A stretch of DNA of 64,000 nucleotides from an uncultured Candidatus Saccharibacteria bacterium (GCA_964512925.1 CAZEKH010000002.1:57831-121830); one strand, 5' to 3'. Positions 19,851 to 29,485 are shown, counted from the stretch's first letter. Translations and numbers: made by a program. The notes: generated by a model from the letters alone, not told the origin.

Positions 19851-21611
19851 TTAGGAGGATAAAAATTTTTCCCAAAAAATCCTTTTTCGGGAAATTTCTT
19901 CAAAATCTCTGCTTAATTTTGACAAACTTTCTGAATTCTTGCCTATTTCCGCCTGGCGGATCTCGCTTTGCAGCTTTTGCTGCTGCTTTTTAAAAGAATT
20001 TATGAGTAAAATGCCAAAAGCTCTTTTAAGTTCACGAAAAAAAATCTCCCTGTCCGTACTCTCTGCTAACATAGATTCTACCATAAATTCAGCCTCTTTG
20101 GCTAGTGCGCTGGAAGCGTCAAGCAAAACTTCCTTATCCTGAAAACCCGGAGCCAGTATTTCAGCGATGCGGGAGTCGGAAAAATCCCCTATCTTGCTTT
20201 CTTTATAAACCATTGCCCGAAAATCCGCATCCAGAAGCATTCCGCCCAAAATCTGCTTTTCCAAAGCCAAAACCCCTTCTGGCAGGCTGGTTTTAGGTTT
20301 ATTTTCCGGCTTTACCACACCGCCCCGGTTTTGTCTGACCAGCTCCCTGATGGTCCTGTCGGACACAGAAAATTTTTCCGACATTCTGCGGATATAATGA
20401 TCCTGCTCCAAAGCATCGCTGACATAAGCAAGTAGCGGCACCGTATGCTCGGTTAAGTAGTGCTTTTGTTCTACCGGGTCTTTAGGGAAAAGTTTTAAAG
20501 CAAAATCCATCTGCCAATCCAAAAACCAAACCGCTTCTGATACCGCCTTCTTCCAGAGGTTGGGACTTTTTTTTATGAGTTCGTCAGGGTCTTTGGCCGC
20601 GCCTAAGACCACCACTTTCAAACGGAAACCCTGCTTTAAAGCCAGCTCCCCGGCTTTTCTACAAGCCGCTTCGCCGGCCTGGTCTGAATCAAAACAAAAT
20701 TTTAAATTTTTACTAAGCGGCGAAAGCAAATTCAGCTGTTCTAAAGTCAAAGCCGTGCCGCTGCCGGCTACTACATTTTCAAACCCGGCCTGGTGCGCGG
20801 CTATACAGTCCATCTGCCCTTCCACCAAGACAGCCTCGTCATTTTTACGGATAGATTTTTTGGCAAAATTCAAACCAAACAAAATTTTACTCTTGTGGTA
20901 AATCAAACTTTCCGGCGAATTTATATATTTACCAGCTTTGCCGTCGTCCAAAGACGGCAGTATACGGGCGGAAAAACCCACAGCCTGGCCAAAAGAGTCA
21001 AAGATCGGAAAAGTGATGCGGCCGCGAAACCGGTCATACACCTGCCCGCGTTCGTTTTTAGTCAGCACCCCGGCCTGTATAGCCGCCTCAGGAAAAACTT
21101 TCTTTTTTTGCAAAGCCTGCTCTAAAGTATGAAAATCCGCTGGCGCAAAACCGACCTGCCATTTTTTTAAAGTTTCTTCCGCAAGTCCCCTTTTTTGCAA
21201 ATACTCCAAAGCCTCTTTGGCGCGCCTGTCTTCAAACAAAATTTTATGGTAAAATCTGGCGGCAAAGTCATTGATTTTGTTTAGCAGTTCTTTTTCGTCA
21301 CGGATTTTCGGATCCTGGGGCCTAAACTCCGGCAAAGTGACGCCGGCTTTTTGGGCTAAAATTTTCAAAGCTTCCTTAAAGTCCACATTTTCAAACTTCT
21401 CCACGAATTCAAAAATATCCCCGCCTTCCCCACAACCAAAACAGTGCCATACCTGGCGGGCAGGGTTAATATGGAAAGACGGCGTCCGTTCGTTATGAAA
21501 AGGACACAAAGCTTTAAAATTCGCCCCGGCTTTTTTCACCTGGATATACCCCCCTATCACATCCGCCACACTCAGCCGGTCTTTTATGTCTTGTACTGTT
21601 GAATCAGCCAT
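19851..21611 (-). CDS. dnaG: DNA primase
   Basis: CPFH...CFGC zinc finger, KYINSPE, and TOPRIM VEGQMD/FDSD motifs. Confidence 0.97.
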   Translation of the reverse strand: MADSTVQDIKDRLSVADVIGGYIQVKKAGANFKALCPFHNERTPSFHINPARQVWHCFGCGEGGDIFEFVEKFENVDFKEALKILAQKAGVTLPEFRPQDPKIRDEKELLNKINDFAARFYHKILFEDRRAKEALEYLQKRGLAEETLKKWQVGFAPADFHTLEQALQKKKVFPEAAIQAGVLTKNERGQVYDRFRGRITFPIFDSFGQAVGFSARILPSLDDGKAGKYINSPESLIYHKSKILFGLNFAKKSIRKNDEAVLVEGQMDCIAAHQAGFENVVAGSGTALTLEQLNLLSPLSKNLKFCFDSDQAGEAACRKAGELALKQGFRLKVVVLGAAKDPDELIKKSPNLWKKAVSEAVWFLDWQMDFALKLFPKDPVEQKHYLTEHTVPLLAYVSDALEQDHYIRRMSEKFSVSDRTIRELVRQNRGGVVKPENKPKTSLPEGVLALEKQILGGMLLDADFRAMVYKESKIGDFSDSRIAEILAPGFQDKEVLLDASSALAKEAEFMVESMLAESTDREIFFRELKRAFGILLINSFKKQQQKLQSEIRQAEIGKNSESLSKLSRDFEEISRKRIFWEKFLSS

Positions 21612-21715
21612 ACAATCTCAACCAATTATTCTAAGTTAATATTAGCTTTTTTGCAGCCTTCCCGCAACTGAAAATAGCCCAATATTGCTGGACGAAAACC
21701 CAAATAATTGATAAA

Positions 21716-23344
21716 CTAACTCTCAGTTATATCTGGAGAGATCGCATAGTGGTCGAGTGCGCTCGCTTGGAAAGCGAGTAAACCTTTACCGGTTTCGGGG
21801 GTTCGAATCCCCCTCTCTCCGCCAGATTTCCAAGTTTGAACCGAAGTGTTTGCAAGGCTTTTTGAGCCTTTAGACGGCTTCGGAGGTTCGATCTTGGAGA
21901 CTTGCAAGTCCATAAGAACATCAAAGACTGGCGTCCATATCGGCGTCAGTTTTTGATTCCTGACGACAAAACCCTCAAAGCAAAGCTTCATCAATGTACG
22001 CTTTTGGTGCAAACCACTCGTCTGGAATACTCTATCCGCATGATCAGTGAAGTCCAAAAGCTCGTTGAACTTTTGAACAAACTTGTCCGACTTTCCCTCG
22101 AGCTCTCCCAAGCGATCCTGATACATCTCTTTCTCTCGCAAGAGCTCGTCCTGAATCTTTATAAATACATCTGCGTCAATGATGCGTTTTGAACGATCCA
22201 CCACGATATTGCGGATCTGTTGCTGAAGCCTTATAAGCTCTTGCTTGAGACTTTTTCTCTCTTTATCCTCCTGATCCAAACGCTCTTTAGCGAAATATTG
22301 AAAATAAGAATCAAGTACCTTTTTGAATTTATCTGGAAGCTGTACTCGTCCGAGCATTACTGCAACCTGCGCCTCGACATCCTCCCAGCGCATATATTTC
22401 TTTTCTACACACTTGGGGTCTTTACGATGACTGCACGAATAATATAGATGGCCTTTTTGCATTTGACCACAAAGCATTGATCCGCAGTCACCACACCTCA
22501 TAAAACCAGCCATTGGATACGAGTGCTTTCGTGTGCGGTCGGCGTAGTGATTATGTTGCTCGATAATTTCTTGAACATCATCAAAAAGTTTTTTGGTTAC
22601 AAGAGGAGGAAAATTTGCCTGAGAAGTTGCTGAGCGAGTTTTAATAAGACCGTAATAGAGTGAATTTGCCAGTATATGCTCAAGAGTCTTACGGCCGACC
22701 AATTTGCCACTGCGAGTCTTTAAACCACGTTTATTGAGCTCTGCTGACAGAGATTCGTAGGAATACTTGCCGGAAGCATAAAGCTCAAAAGCCAACTTTA
22801 TATACGGAGCTCGAATATTATCGATTATAAGCGACTTAGACTTCTTATCATTTAAATAGCCTAAAGGTGCCACTCCCGGAAACCTGCCACGTTCTACAGC
22901 CTCTTTAAGACCTTTCTTGACCTCCCAGCTGATGTTCTGAGATGTCCATTGAGCGATTGACGACATGATGTTTTCAACAAGCTCACCGGAAAAGGATTCA
23001 TCAAATTGCTCGACTACTGAGATAAGGCGGACGTCATGCTTCTTTAGCATCATCTTGATAGCCGCGTAGTCGGCGACGTTACGGCACATACGGTCAAGCT
23101 TGTGGATTAGGATAACATCAACTTTATTGTCGGTCTTTGCTCGATGAAGCATTTTTTGAATCTGTGGACGTTCAACGGTTCGAGCTGATTCACCTTTTTC
23201 TTCATAAACGCCATCTGGTAGTAGATTCCAATGGTGATCCATGCCGTATTTTTGGCATGCTTTGACCTGTGCAGGAATACTCAATTCTCGTTCGGCCTGA
23301 CGAGAGGTAGAGACACGGCCGTAAATTAAATAATTTGTGCTCAT
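21716..23344 (-). CDS. Large serine recombinase (integrase); integrated-state C-terminus reads antisense through tRNA-Ser
   Basis: YGRVST catalytic motif, KLDRMCR, recombinase domain (APLGY), CGDCG...YYSC zinc ribbon, coiled coil. Confidence 0.95.
   Translation of the reverse strand: MSTNYLIYGRVSTSRQAERELSIPAQVKACQKYGMDHHWNLLPDGVYEEKGESARTVERPQIQKMLHRAKTDNKVDVILIHKLDRMCRNVADYAAIKMMLKKHDVRLISVVEQFDESFSGELVENIMSSIAQWTSQNISWEVKKGLKEAVERGRFPGVAPLGYLNDKKSKSLIIDNIRAPYIKLAFELYASGKYSYESLSAELNKRGLKTRSGKLVGRKTLEHILANSLYYGLIKTRSATSQANFPPLVTKKLFDDVQEIIEQHNHYADRTRKHSYPMAGFMRCGDCGSMLCGQMQKGHLYYSCSHRKDPKCVEKKYMRWEDVEAQVAVMLGRVQLPDKFKKVLDSYFQYFAKERLDQEDKERKSLKQELIRLQQQIRNIVVDRSKRIIDADVFIKIQDELLREKEMYQDRLGELEGKSDKFVQKFNELLDFTDHADRVFQTSGLHQKRTLMKLCFEGFVVRNQKLTPIWTPVFDVLMDLQVSKIEPPKPSKGSKSLANTSVQTWKSGGERGIRTPETGKGLLAFQASALDHYAISPDITES
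21735..21824 (+). tRNA. tRNA-Ser(GGA); prophage attB host
   Basis: GGAGAGA...CTCGC-TTGGAAA-GCGAG, long variable arm, GGTTCGAATCC, TCTCTCC-GCCA. Confidence 0.95.
21819..21843 (+). other. attL: CCGCCA core plus phage arm GATTTCC-AAGTTTGAACCG
   Basis: Arm is the inverted complement of the arm at 60161..60181. Confidence 0.85.
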
Positions 23345-23395
23345 AATTTTGTTTCTAAAAAGCGGCAGGGCTCTCGCATTGAGAGCCCTGTGTGG

Positions 23396-24121
23396 TTAGT
23401 ATTTTTTTAAGTGATAAATTAGCCGACCTATTATCTTGCTCTCCGTGAGACGATAGGTTTTTTTGAAGCCTTCCTTCTCCGGCCGGAGTTCCAAATGATC
23501 TCCTCGTTCGAAATAGTGGGTCATGATTATTCCGTCTGGAGTACCCACTATTGTGATATCGCCGTTCTTCGGCGGCTGGTCGGCATCAAGGATTATAAAG
23601 TCGCCGGAAAGAATGCCTGCGTCCGGCAGATCAAGATCGGTGACTCGGATTCCGAACACCCGATGCTCAACTGGAAAGTTTTCGTGCGGTAGCATGACGA
23701 ACTCGTTGGTCATGCTCAGATGATCATCGAGATTGTCTATCGGAATCGCCACGAGCACCGGCAGTTTAAAATGTCCTTCGACCGAAAAAGTATTTTTCAA
23801 ATCTTCCAACCCCTGTTCCAATTTGGCGGTTGCCTCATGCATCCGCTTCTCGCCGACATCTTTCATGTTGAACTTATAGTTGGTGTCCATGCTGACCTTG
23901 AGGATCTTGGCCTCGGTCCAACGTTTCTTCAAATCGGCCTCCGGCAGATCATAAGCCGTGGCCAAAATCGACATTTGCTTTGCTGACGGGACACGTGTCC
24001 CGTTCTCCAGCTGGCTGACATAGCTCGACGAAAAGCCGAGCCGCTCGGCTACCTCCTTGATCGTCCGACCACTGGTCTCACGTTTTTGTCTCAGATACGA
24101 ACCAAATGACATAAATGGCAT
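23396..24121 (-). CDS. CI-like repressor (XRE HTH plus S24/LexA-like C-terminal domain)
   Basis: TIKEVAERLGFSSSYVSQLENG HTH; AGILSGDFII...IIGRL C-terminal domain. Confidence 0.88.
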   Translation of the reverse strand: MPFMSFGSYLRQKRETSGRTIKEVAERLGFSSSYVSQLENGTRVPSAKQMSILATAYDLPEADLKKRWTEAKILKVSMDTNYKFNMKDVGEKRMHEATAKLEQGLEDLKNTFSVEGHFKLPVLVAIPIDNLDDHLSMTNEFVMLPHENFPVEHRVFGIRVTDLDLPDAGILSGDFIILDADQPPKNGDITIVGTPDGIIMTHYFERGDHLELRPEKEGFKKTYRLTESKIIGRLIYHLKKY

Positions 24122-24189
24122 ATTTTTATTAGTTAAGGTTATTAATTGCTTAACTCCAGTTTAGTATACAGTAGCAAAATTGTAAAGAT

Positions 24190-24250
24190 TAAGCAACTTT
24201 GCTTATCCACACCCCCAAATATTGACCAAGTAAGCAAAATTGCTTAATAT
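24190..24250. promoter_or_regulatory. Palindromic operators TAAGCAANNTTGCTTA and cro promoter
   Basis: Operators at 24190..24205 and 24231..24246; TTGACC(24222)-17 bp-TAATAT(24245). Confidence 0.75.
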
Positions 24251-24278
24251 GACTGTAGAGGTCTATTAGCTAATAAAT

Positions 24279-24485
24279 ATGAAAACAACACCAACGAATG
24301 TAAGGCTGAGAGATCTTCGGATCAAGAAAGGGCTGACTCAATATCAGCTCGCTCGGATTCTTGGGTTTCGGCACAACACGGCGATCAGCCGGTACGAGAT
24401 CGGCCGCAAGCGTCCGAATCTCGAAACTGCCCAGCGGATCGCCCTTGCGCTGGGGGCAAAAGTTGAGGACATCTTTTTGCCATAG
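24279..24485 (+). CDS. Cro-like XRE HTH regulator
   Basis: LTQYQLARILG...ISRYEIGRKRP; divergent from CI. Confidence 0.9.
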   Translation: MKTTPTNVRLRDLRIKKGLTQYQLARILGFRHNTAISRYEIGRKRPNLETAQRIALALGAKVEDIFLP

Positions 24486-24542
24486 CCCTAAGGCGTACGG
24501 AGTCAAAAAAGTGTGAGGTCACTCTTATGAACCGCAACGCAC

Positions 24543-24821
24543 ATGTCACAACCAACGAAGGACGAGGAAGCTCTTGTCGAGCTTACCAAGAATGCTCTCG
24601 CCGATGTCCTTGGCCGAGAACCTACCAAGCAAGAGGTTTGGCGTGTTCATGCAGGATTCAAGCGCATGGCATTCATGCTCTTGGATCACTTAGATCACAT
24701 CAAAAAGTATGACGATGAGAATCCTGACCAAAAGAATCTTCCAGAGGATCTGGAAACGGATCACGAGGAAGCCGCCGACCCGGAGAGAACTCTTGGCGAG
24801 GAGGGAGAGCTTGCTGAGTAA
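24543..24821 (+). CDS. Phage hypothetical protein
   Basis: 92-aa ORF following cro. Confidence 0.6.
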   Translation: MSQPTKDEEALVELTKNALADVLGREPTKQEVWRVHAGFKRMAFMLLDHLDHIKKYDDENPDQKNLPEDLETDHEEAADPERTLGEEGELAE

Positions 24822-24921
24822 TTTTGCAATCCGCGAATTGGAGAATCCAAGAATACGGCGTGATTTTTGTAGAGCGATGGACAACATCGATCGGGCTTTG
24901 CCCAAATCCAGAGAGTGGTAG
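24709..24921 (+). CDS. Phage hypothetical protein (overlaps the previous ORF)
   Basis: 70-aa basic ORF; which of the two overlapping frames is real in the overlap is uncertain. Confidence 0.4.
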   Translation: MTMRILTKRIFQRIWKRITRKPPTRRELLARRESLLSNFAIRELENPRIRRDFCRAMDNIDRALPKSREW

Positions 24922-25012
24922 ATAGCGCCTTACTCTCCCCTCAATGGCGCCAGACGTGAAGGGAGGAATAAGGTGCGATCTTGAGGTCGATCCACCTTTT
25001 TATTCGTTGTCC

Positions 25013-25549
25013 ATGCCGGATGAAAAAATAAAAGTCAGAGATTTAAGAAATGGCGATTGGTACTGGGTCAGCAAAGTGCTTCTCGATGAGTACGGCGACC
25101 GACTCAAGCCGATCGGCATTGCGATTTATAACTGCCTGGCGGCTCATGCTAATCAGGAGGGTTTTTGTTTTCCGTCTCATGGCTACATCGCCAAGAAAAT
25201 CGGTGCGAGCATCTCAAGCGTCCAACGTGGCATTCGGGATCTCATCAAACTGGAGATCATCCGCAAGAGCCGCCAGCGATATCACAATGTGTATTACCTG
25301 TTGAAAATAGATAGGTCATATAGACCGAACTCAAACGAGACCGGTCAGGCAGACCGGCAGTTCGGTCACACAGACCGGTCAGATCAGTCAGCCGGAACTA
25401 CTAACAAGAATAAAGAAAAAGAATTAATTAATAAGAAATCCGGATTTTATAAAAAAACTGGGGATAACTTAAAAGAAATGAAAGCTCTGCTCGTTGAAAA
25501 AATGTCGATACCGGGTCCGAGAATAAGATCGCCGCTTGATGACACCTAA
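25013..25549 (+). CDS. Phage replication initiator (winged HTH, lambda O-like role)
   Basis: AIYNCL...CFPSHGYIAKKIG.S.SSVQRGIRDL motif; internal iteron-like repeats. Confidence 0.8.
   Translation: MPDEKIKVRDLRNGDWYWVSKVLLDEYGDRLKPIGIAIYNCLAAHANQEGFCFPSHGYIAKKIGASISSVQRGIRDLIKLEIIRKSRQRYHNVYYLLKIDRSYRPNSNETGQADRQFGHTDRSDQSAGTTNKNKEKELINKKSGFYKKTGDNLKEMKALLVEKMSIPGPRIRSPLDDT
25314..25377 (+). repeat. Iteron-like repeats GGTCA-N3-AGACCG (x3); putative phage origin
   Basis: Copies at 25314, 25343 and 25364, followed by an A-rich tract. Confidence 0.65.
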
Positions 25550-25691
25550 TCCTGAATTTGCCGGTTCGGGAGTAGTCGAACCTGAACTGCAAATCTTATT
25601 CATTAATCCCTCTATGATGAGGATCGAGGATTTCTGAAGCCGAACATTTTTGTGAGCGACACCCAGAAGCCTCTTGCACAACTAAAACAGT

Positions 25692-25991
25692 ATGGATAAA
25701 GAGGAGTACAACGTAGGAAATTGTCCCCATTGCACGAAAATTATTTTTCGCGATGGTAAATTTAATTCCGAAGCCACGTTCACAACAAGGTGTCCTCACT
25801 GCCAGAAACCTCTCAAGGTGACAATAAGGAAAAGGATAGAGATTATCATCGTGCCACTCGAGCCAAAGCCGGGATGCAAGATCGACAAGAAAATAACCGG
25901 CGGTCTCATCGTTCTGATCGTAGTTCTTTATTTGCCTCCGCTGATCAGCTTTTTGAACGATGCATCCGACATATTGGACGCATTGACCTGA
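25692..25991 (+). CDS. Zinc-finger protein (Com-like CxxC...CxxC) with hydrophobic tail
   Basis: CPHC...RCPHCQ. Confidence 0.55.
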   Translation: MDKEEYNVGNCPHCTKIIFRDGKFNSEATFTTRCPHCQKPLKVTIRKRIEIIIVPLEPKPGCKIDKKITGGLIVLIVVLYLPPLISFLNDASDILDALT

Positions 25992-26215
25992 CGGACAACG
26001 GTTCTTCGAAATCAAGAACAAAAAGGAGCCAGAAAAGCCCCTTTTTGCCATTTGTTTGCCCCTTGGGCGAGCTTTGTGACCCGGGCCAGAGATTTGCACC
26101 AGTTGCCCGACAATTTTACATATTTGACCGAGGTTGATAGATCGTGCCAGTTTTTATTAAAAAAAGATAAACATCCGCTGGACTTGTTCCGAGGGTAAGC
26201 ATATGTTCGTGTTGT

Positions 26216-26530
26216 ATGCTCGACTTTGACCACGATGACATCCAAGCAGTGATCAAGGCCGCCAAAGACGTGCGGCCAAAGTATCACGGTTGGATCGCAA
26301 ATCCAATATCTTCGCTTCCCGAACCGAAAGCAAAACTAAAAGCCGCCATAAAAGAACGGATCAGACTTTTAGCTGGATCATATATTGCACTTGCTGGATT
26401 CGTAGACGATGACGACTTGAAAGCGGCCGAGGACAATCCGGAAAAGACAAAAGTTATCTATCAGAAAATCCTCGAGGACATGGAAAAAGCACAGAAAGAA
26501 ATGCGGGAATTTAAAATAATAGATTTATAA
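26216..26530 (+). CDS. Hypothetical protein
   Basis: 104-aa ORF followed by a hairpin at ~26539..26577. Confidence 0.65.
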   Translation: MLDFDHDDIQAVIKAAKDVRPKYHGWIANPISSLPEPKAKLKAAIKERIRLLAGSYIALAGFVDDDDLKAAEDNPEKTKVIYQKILEDMEKAQKEMREFKIIDL

Positions 26531-26591
26531 AAAGAAAGAACCCCCGGTCAGCTTCCGTAGAAGCCGAACCGGGGGTTGTTGATTGAAAGAA

Positions 26592-27005
26592 CTACTGTTG
26601 TAACTCCTTGATGGTCGTGTCCTGCTCGATGAGCTTTTCTCTCGCTTTTTCGAGCGCGGCCCGCAGGAGATCTGCCTCGTCATTGTTCTCAATGATCAAT
26701 CCTTGGAAGGATCGATAGACAACGAACGAAACAGGCATTGCGAGGGCGACGATGGCGAAAGCGGACAGTACGAGGTCAAGCGGCCACCACCATTGAATAA
26801 TCCTCGGCTGGTAGCATGCTACCAGTGCGAAGCTCACCCAATGACTCATGCAGTACGGGCAAGTGAACAGCTTTCCGAGCCATTCATTGCGTTCTCGTAT
26901 CCACTCGCGCAGATACTGGAACACACTTGCTCTTGTGATGGTAAGCGAGATGACGGCGACTGGCAGTGACAGGAGAAGCACCACCAAAAGCGACTGTGTA
27001 TTCAT
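26592..27005 (-). CDS. DUF1360-like membrane protein
   Basis: TM helices; GKLFTCPYCMSHW motif; AGGAGG SD. Confidence 0.7.
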   Translation of the reverse strand: MNTQSLLVVLLLSLPVAVISLTITRASVFQYLREWIRERNEWLGKLFTCPYCMSHWVSFALVACYQPRIIQWWWPLDLVLSAFAIVALAMPVSFVVYRSFQGLIIENNDEADLLRAALEKAREKLIEQDTTIKELQQ

Positions 27006-27016
27006 GGCGTTCCTCC

Positions 27017-27187
27017 TTAACACCCACACTGCTTGCGCGGCGTGGTTTTTTGTAGGAGCTTGTCGATCTCATTCAAGAGATCTCCAACCTCCGGGACTTC
27101 AGCCTTCCGATCCTTCAGCTCGAGCGGAGTGTTGCCGTTGCCGTTGGTCGGACGCTGTGTTTTCGGTTTTTTCTGATCGAATTGCAT
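27017..27187 (-). CDS. Small Pup/UBact-like protein (56 aa) ending in CGC
   Basis: AAGGAGG SD; disordered N-half; DLLNEIDKLL resembles the Pup helix DLLDEIDDVL. Confidence 0.6.
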   Translation of the reverse strand: MQFDQKKPKTQRPTNGNGNTPLELKDRKAEVPEVGDLLNEIDKLLQKTTPRKQCGC

Positions 27188-27197
27188 AGCGTCCTCC

Positions 27198-29192
27198 TTA
27201 ATTGGCCGCGGCGCCGGAACTCTGCCGGAGCTTGCGGATACTGACGACGTCGTCGCGGAAATCGTGAACGAAATCCGCAATCTCATCGTTGTGGTTGAGG
27301 TCGAAGTTCTGCTGGAACACGCATTCCACAGACTGCATCAAGTCATCCTTCGACATCCCTTGCGGTTTGCCGGTGGAGATATCCCGATGCAGGGCAATGG
27401 ACGTTGCTTGATCCACAACGCCAGCAATCATGGCACCACTGGCCAAGTCTCCCAGCGTGAAGCTACGAGTCTCGTCTTTGTGATTGCCGTTGAGCTGGAT
27501 CGAGTAGAGCACGCGTTTTTCCGAGAACAACTCGAGCGCGCCGACATCCGAGAGCTCGTCATGCGTGTAGCCGTTGTAAAGCGGCACTCGCTTGAGGTAG
27601 AGCCCGAAGATATCACGCGAAGCGTTGAGGTCGGGACGGATGATTTTGACCTTGCGGTCAACACGCCCGTCGCGCGTAACTGCCGGATCGAGGATGTCAG
27701 CCCGATTGGTTGCCAAGAGCACGATTGCTCCGGTTTCCTCGAGGCCGTCCATCTCTGCCAGGAACTGAGGAACGATGGTACGCTCGATGTCCGAACTGAT
27801 TCCCATGCCACGCTTACCGAGAATAGCGTCAGCTTCGTCGATGAAGATCACCGCCGGGTAGCCGTGCTGTTCCTTGTGCTTGCGCGAACGTTGGAAGATC
27901 TGTCGGATGGTTGCCTCCGCAACACCCACGAACCGGTCCAAAATTTCAGGGCCTTTGACGTAGATGAAACCGGAGGGAGCGGAACTGCCGCTGTGAAGCT
28001 TGGCGAGCGCTGTTGCGGCCGCCTTGCCGAGCATGGTCTTTCCGCATCCGGGAGGGCCGTACAGCAGGACACCCTTGATGGGCTTTTTGCCGTAGTGCTT
28101 GTAAATGTCCGGGTAACGGAATGGGAGTTCGATCGCTTCGACCATCTGCTTTTTGGCTTCCACCAAACCGCCGATGTCTTCCCATGCGACATTCGTTGCC
28201 GCCGTGAATGAGAAGCGTTCGTCCTCTTTGCCGAGGTTGAGTCCGATGACAGTGGCACTCTGGTCGAGAACCACGCGATCACCGATTTCCGGTTTAGCCG
28301 GAAGTTTACCATTGAGCACGACACGGATTGCTCCGTTGTGCTCGACTTCGCTCACAGTGTTGTCGATTGGCCGCCGCACGATGGAAATTTCTCCAGCGTA
28401 AACGGGAATCGCCACGTCCACTATTTGCATTGTCTGCATGGACAGCTTGACGGTGTCGCCCGGTTTGACATCTTTGTTGGCCGGCAACTCGACTTCGAGT
28501 TGCTTGCCTTCGTGGAGGACGATTGCCGTGCCGATGAACTGGTTTACGGGTTCGACATAAATCGAGGTCCCGACCCAGAACCAAGGCTCGTCATCAACCT
28601 TCTCGATGCGGACTCTGCGCCATTCTCCGTCGACGTTCCGGATCGTACCGGTTTTGCCGACATAGCGCTTGTCGCCGTTCTCGAACTTTCCAACGATGTC
28701 GACCTTGATTCCCTGAAGGAAATCCTGGGGTCTCGCATCGGGCTGATTCGGGATGGCGAGAGTCATGTTCTTGATCTGGGCGTAGTAGCGACTGGTGTCT
28801 CCGTCACTGAACTTAACGGTAATAACACCGTCGGAGTCCGGAGTGCGAACCACCATGCCGACTTCACCTTCACGATTGTCTGCGCCGGGCAGGATACGCA
28901 CCTGCGTATCTTTGGCGTATGCCGTTTTCTTTTCTGCATCGACGCGCAACACCACAGCGAGCACGAGCGGTGAGGCCGTGAGCTGTTGAAGCAGTTCGTT
29001 CTGCTCTGCCAGTTTGCCTTTGGCGGCTTCGAGCACCGCACGAAGCTCTTGAACTTCTTGCGAACTCTCGACCTCAAGCTGTTGCTTGAGCTGGCCGATA
29101 GTGTTCTGCAACTTCTCGGTTTGGGATTGACGCTGTTGATTCAGCTCTTCCCGTTTCGTGAGCATTTCGCCCAATTCGTCTCTCTTCTTCAT
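27198..29192 (-). CDS. ARC/Mpa-like proteasome-type AAA+ ATPase
   Basis: N-terminal coiled coil, OB-like region, KGVLLYGPPGCGKT, KGPEIL..FVG, FIDEAD, ATNR.DILDPA..R.GR.D, SGAMI. Confidence 0.85.
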   Translation of the reverse strand: MKKRDELGEMLTKREELNQQRQSQTEKLQNTIGQLKQQLEVESSQEVQELRAVLEAAKGKLAEQNELLQQLTASPLVLAVVLRVDAEKKTAYAKDTQVRILPGADNREGEVGMVVRTPDSDGVITVKFSDGDTSRYYAQIKNMTLAIPNQPDARPQDFLQGIKVDIVGKFENGDKRYVGKTGTIRNVDGEWRRVRIEKVDDEPWFWVGTSIYVEPVNQFIGTAIVLHEGKQLEVELPANKDVKPGDTVKLSMQTMQIVDVAIPVYAGEISIVRRPIDNTVSEVEHNGAIRVVLNGKLPAKPEIGDRVVLDQSATVIGLNLGKEDERFSFTAATNVAWEDIGGLVEAKKQMVEAIELPFRYPDIYKHYGKKPIKGVLLYGPPGCGKTMLGKAAATALAKLHSGSSAPSGFIYVKGPEILDRFVGVAEATIRQIFQRSRKHKEQHGYPAVIFIDEADAILGKRGMGISSDIERTIVPQFLAEMDGLEETGAIVLLATNRADILDPAVTRDGRVDRKVKIIRPDLNASRDIFGLYLKRVPLYNGYTHDELSDVGALELFSEKRVLYSIQLNGNHKDETRSFTLGDLASGAMIAGVVDQATSIALHRDISTGKPQGMSKDDLMQSVECVFQQNFDLNHNDEIADFVHDFRDDVVSIRKLRQSSGAAAN

Positions 29193-29485
29193 GACTGACC
29201 TCCTGACCTTTTGACGTAGTTTTGAGTTTGACCATCTTCGGGATTTTCGAGGCAGACGTCGACTGCTCTCAAAACTTTTGTTCCCGACTGGTCGTCAATT
29301 GTGCCGACAGCGAAATGGACATTGAGCCCTCTCGCCAGTTCCAGTCCACCACGGACTGAAGCCACGACAAGCTTTTGCCCATCGTGCGGACTTTCGGAAT
29401 CTTTCACACGCACCTTCCAGGTCGGTTGACCTTTCGGGGATGTGTCAGACCCGACAACGAAACCTCTGTGCCGTTTCTGATCCAT
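29189..29485 (-). CDS. Hypothetical small beta-barrel (OB-like) protein, first gene of the ATPase operon
   Basis: AAGGAG SD before MDQKRHRG; stop overlaps the ATPase start. Confidence 0.65.
   Translation of the reverse strand: MDQKRHRGFVVGSDTSPKGQPTWKVRVKDSESPHDGQKLVVASVRGGLELARGLNVHFAVGTIDDQSGTKVLRAVDVCLENPEDGQTQNYVKRSGGQS

Noticed and set aside
27264-28973. Long antisense ORFs opposite the ATPase (similarly 45116..46108, 59066..59830, 61364..62038)
   Set aside because: Shadow frames of well-supported genes on the other strand.
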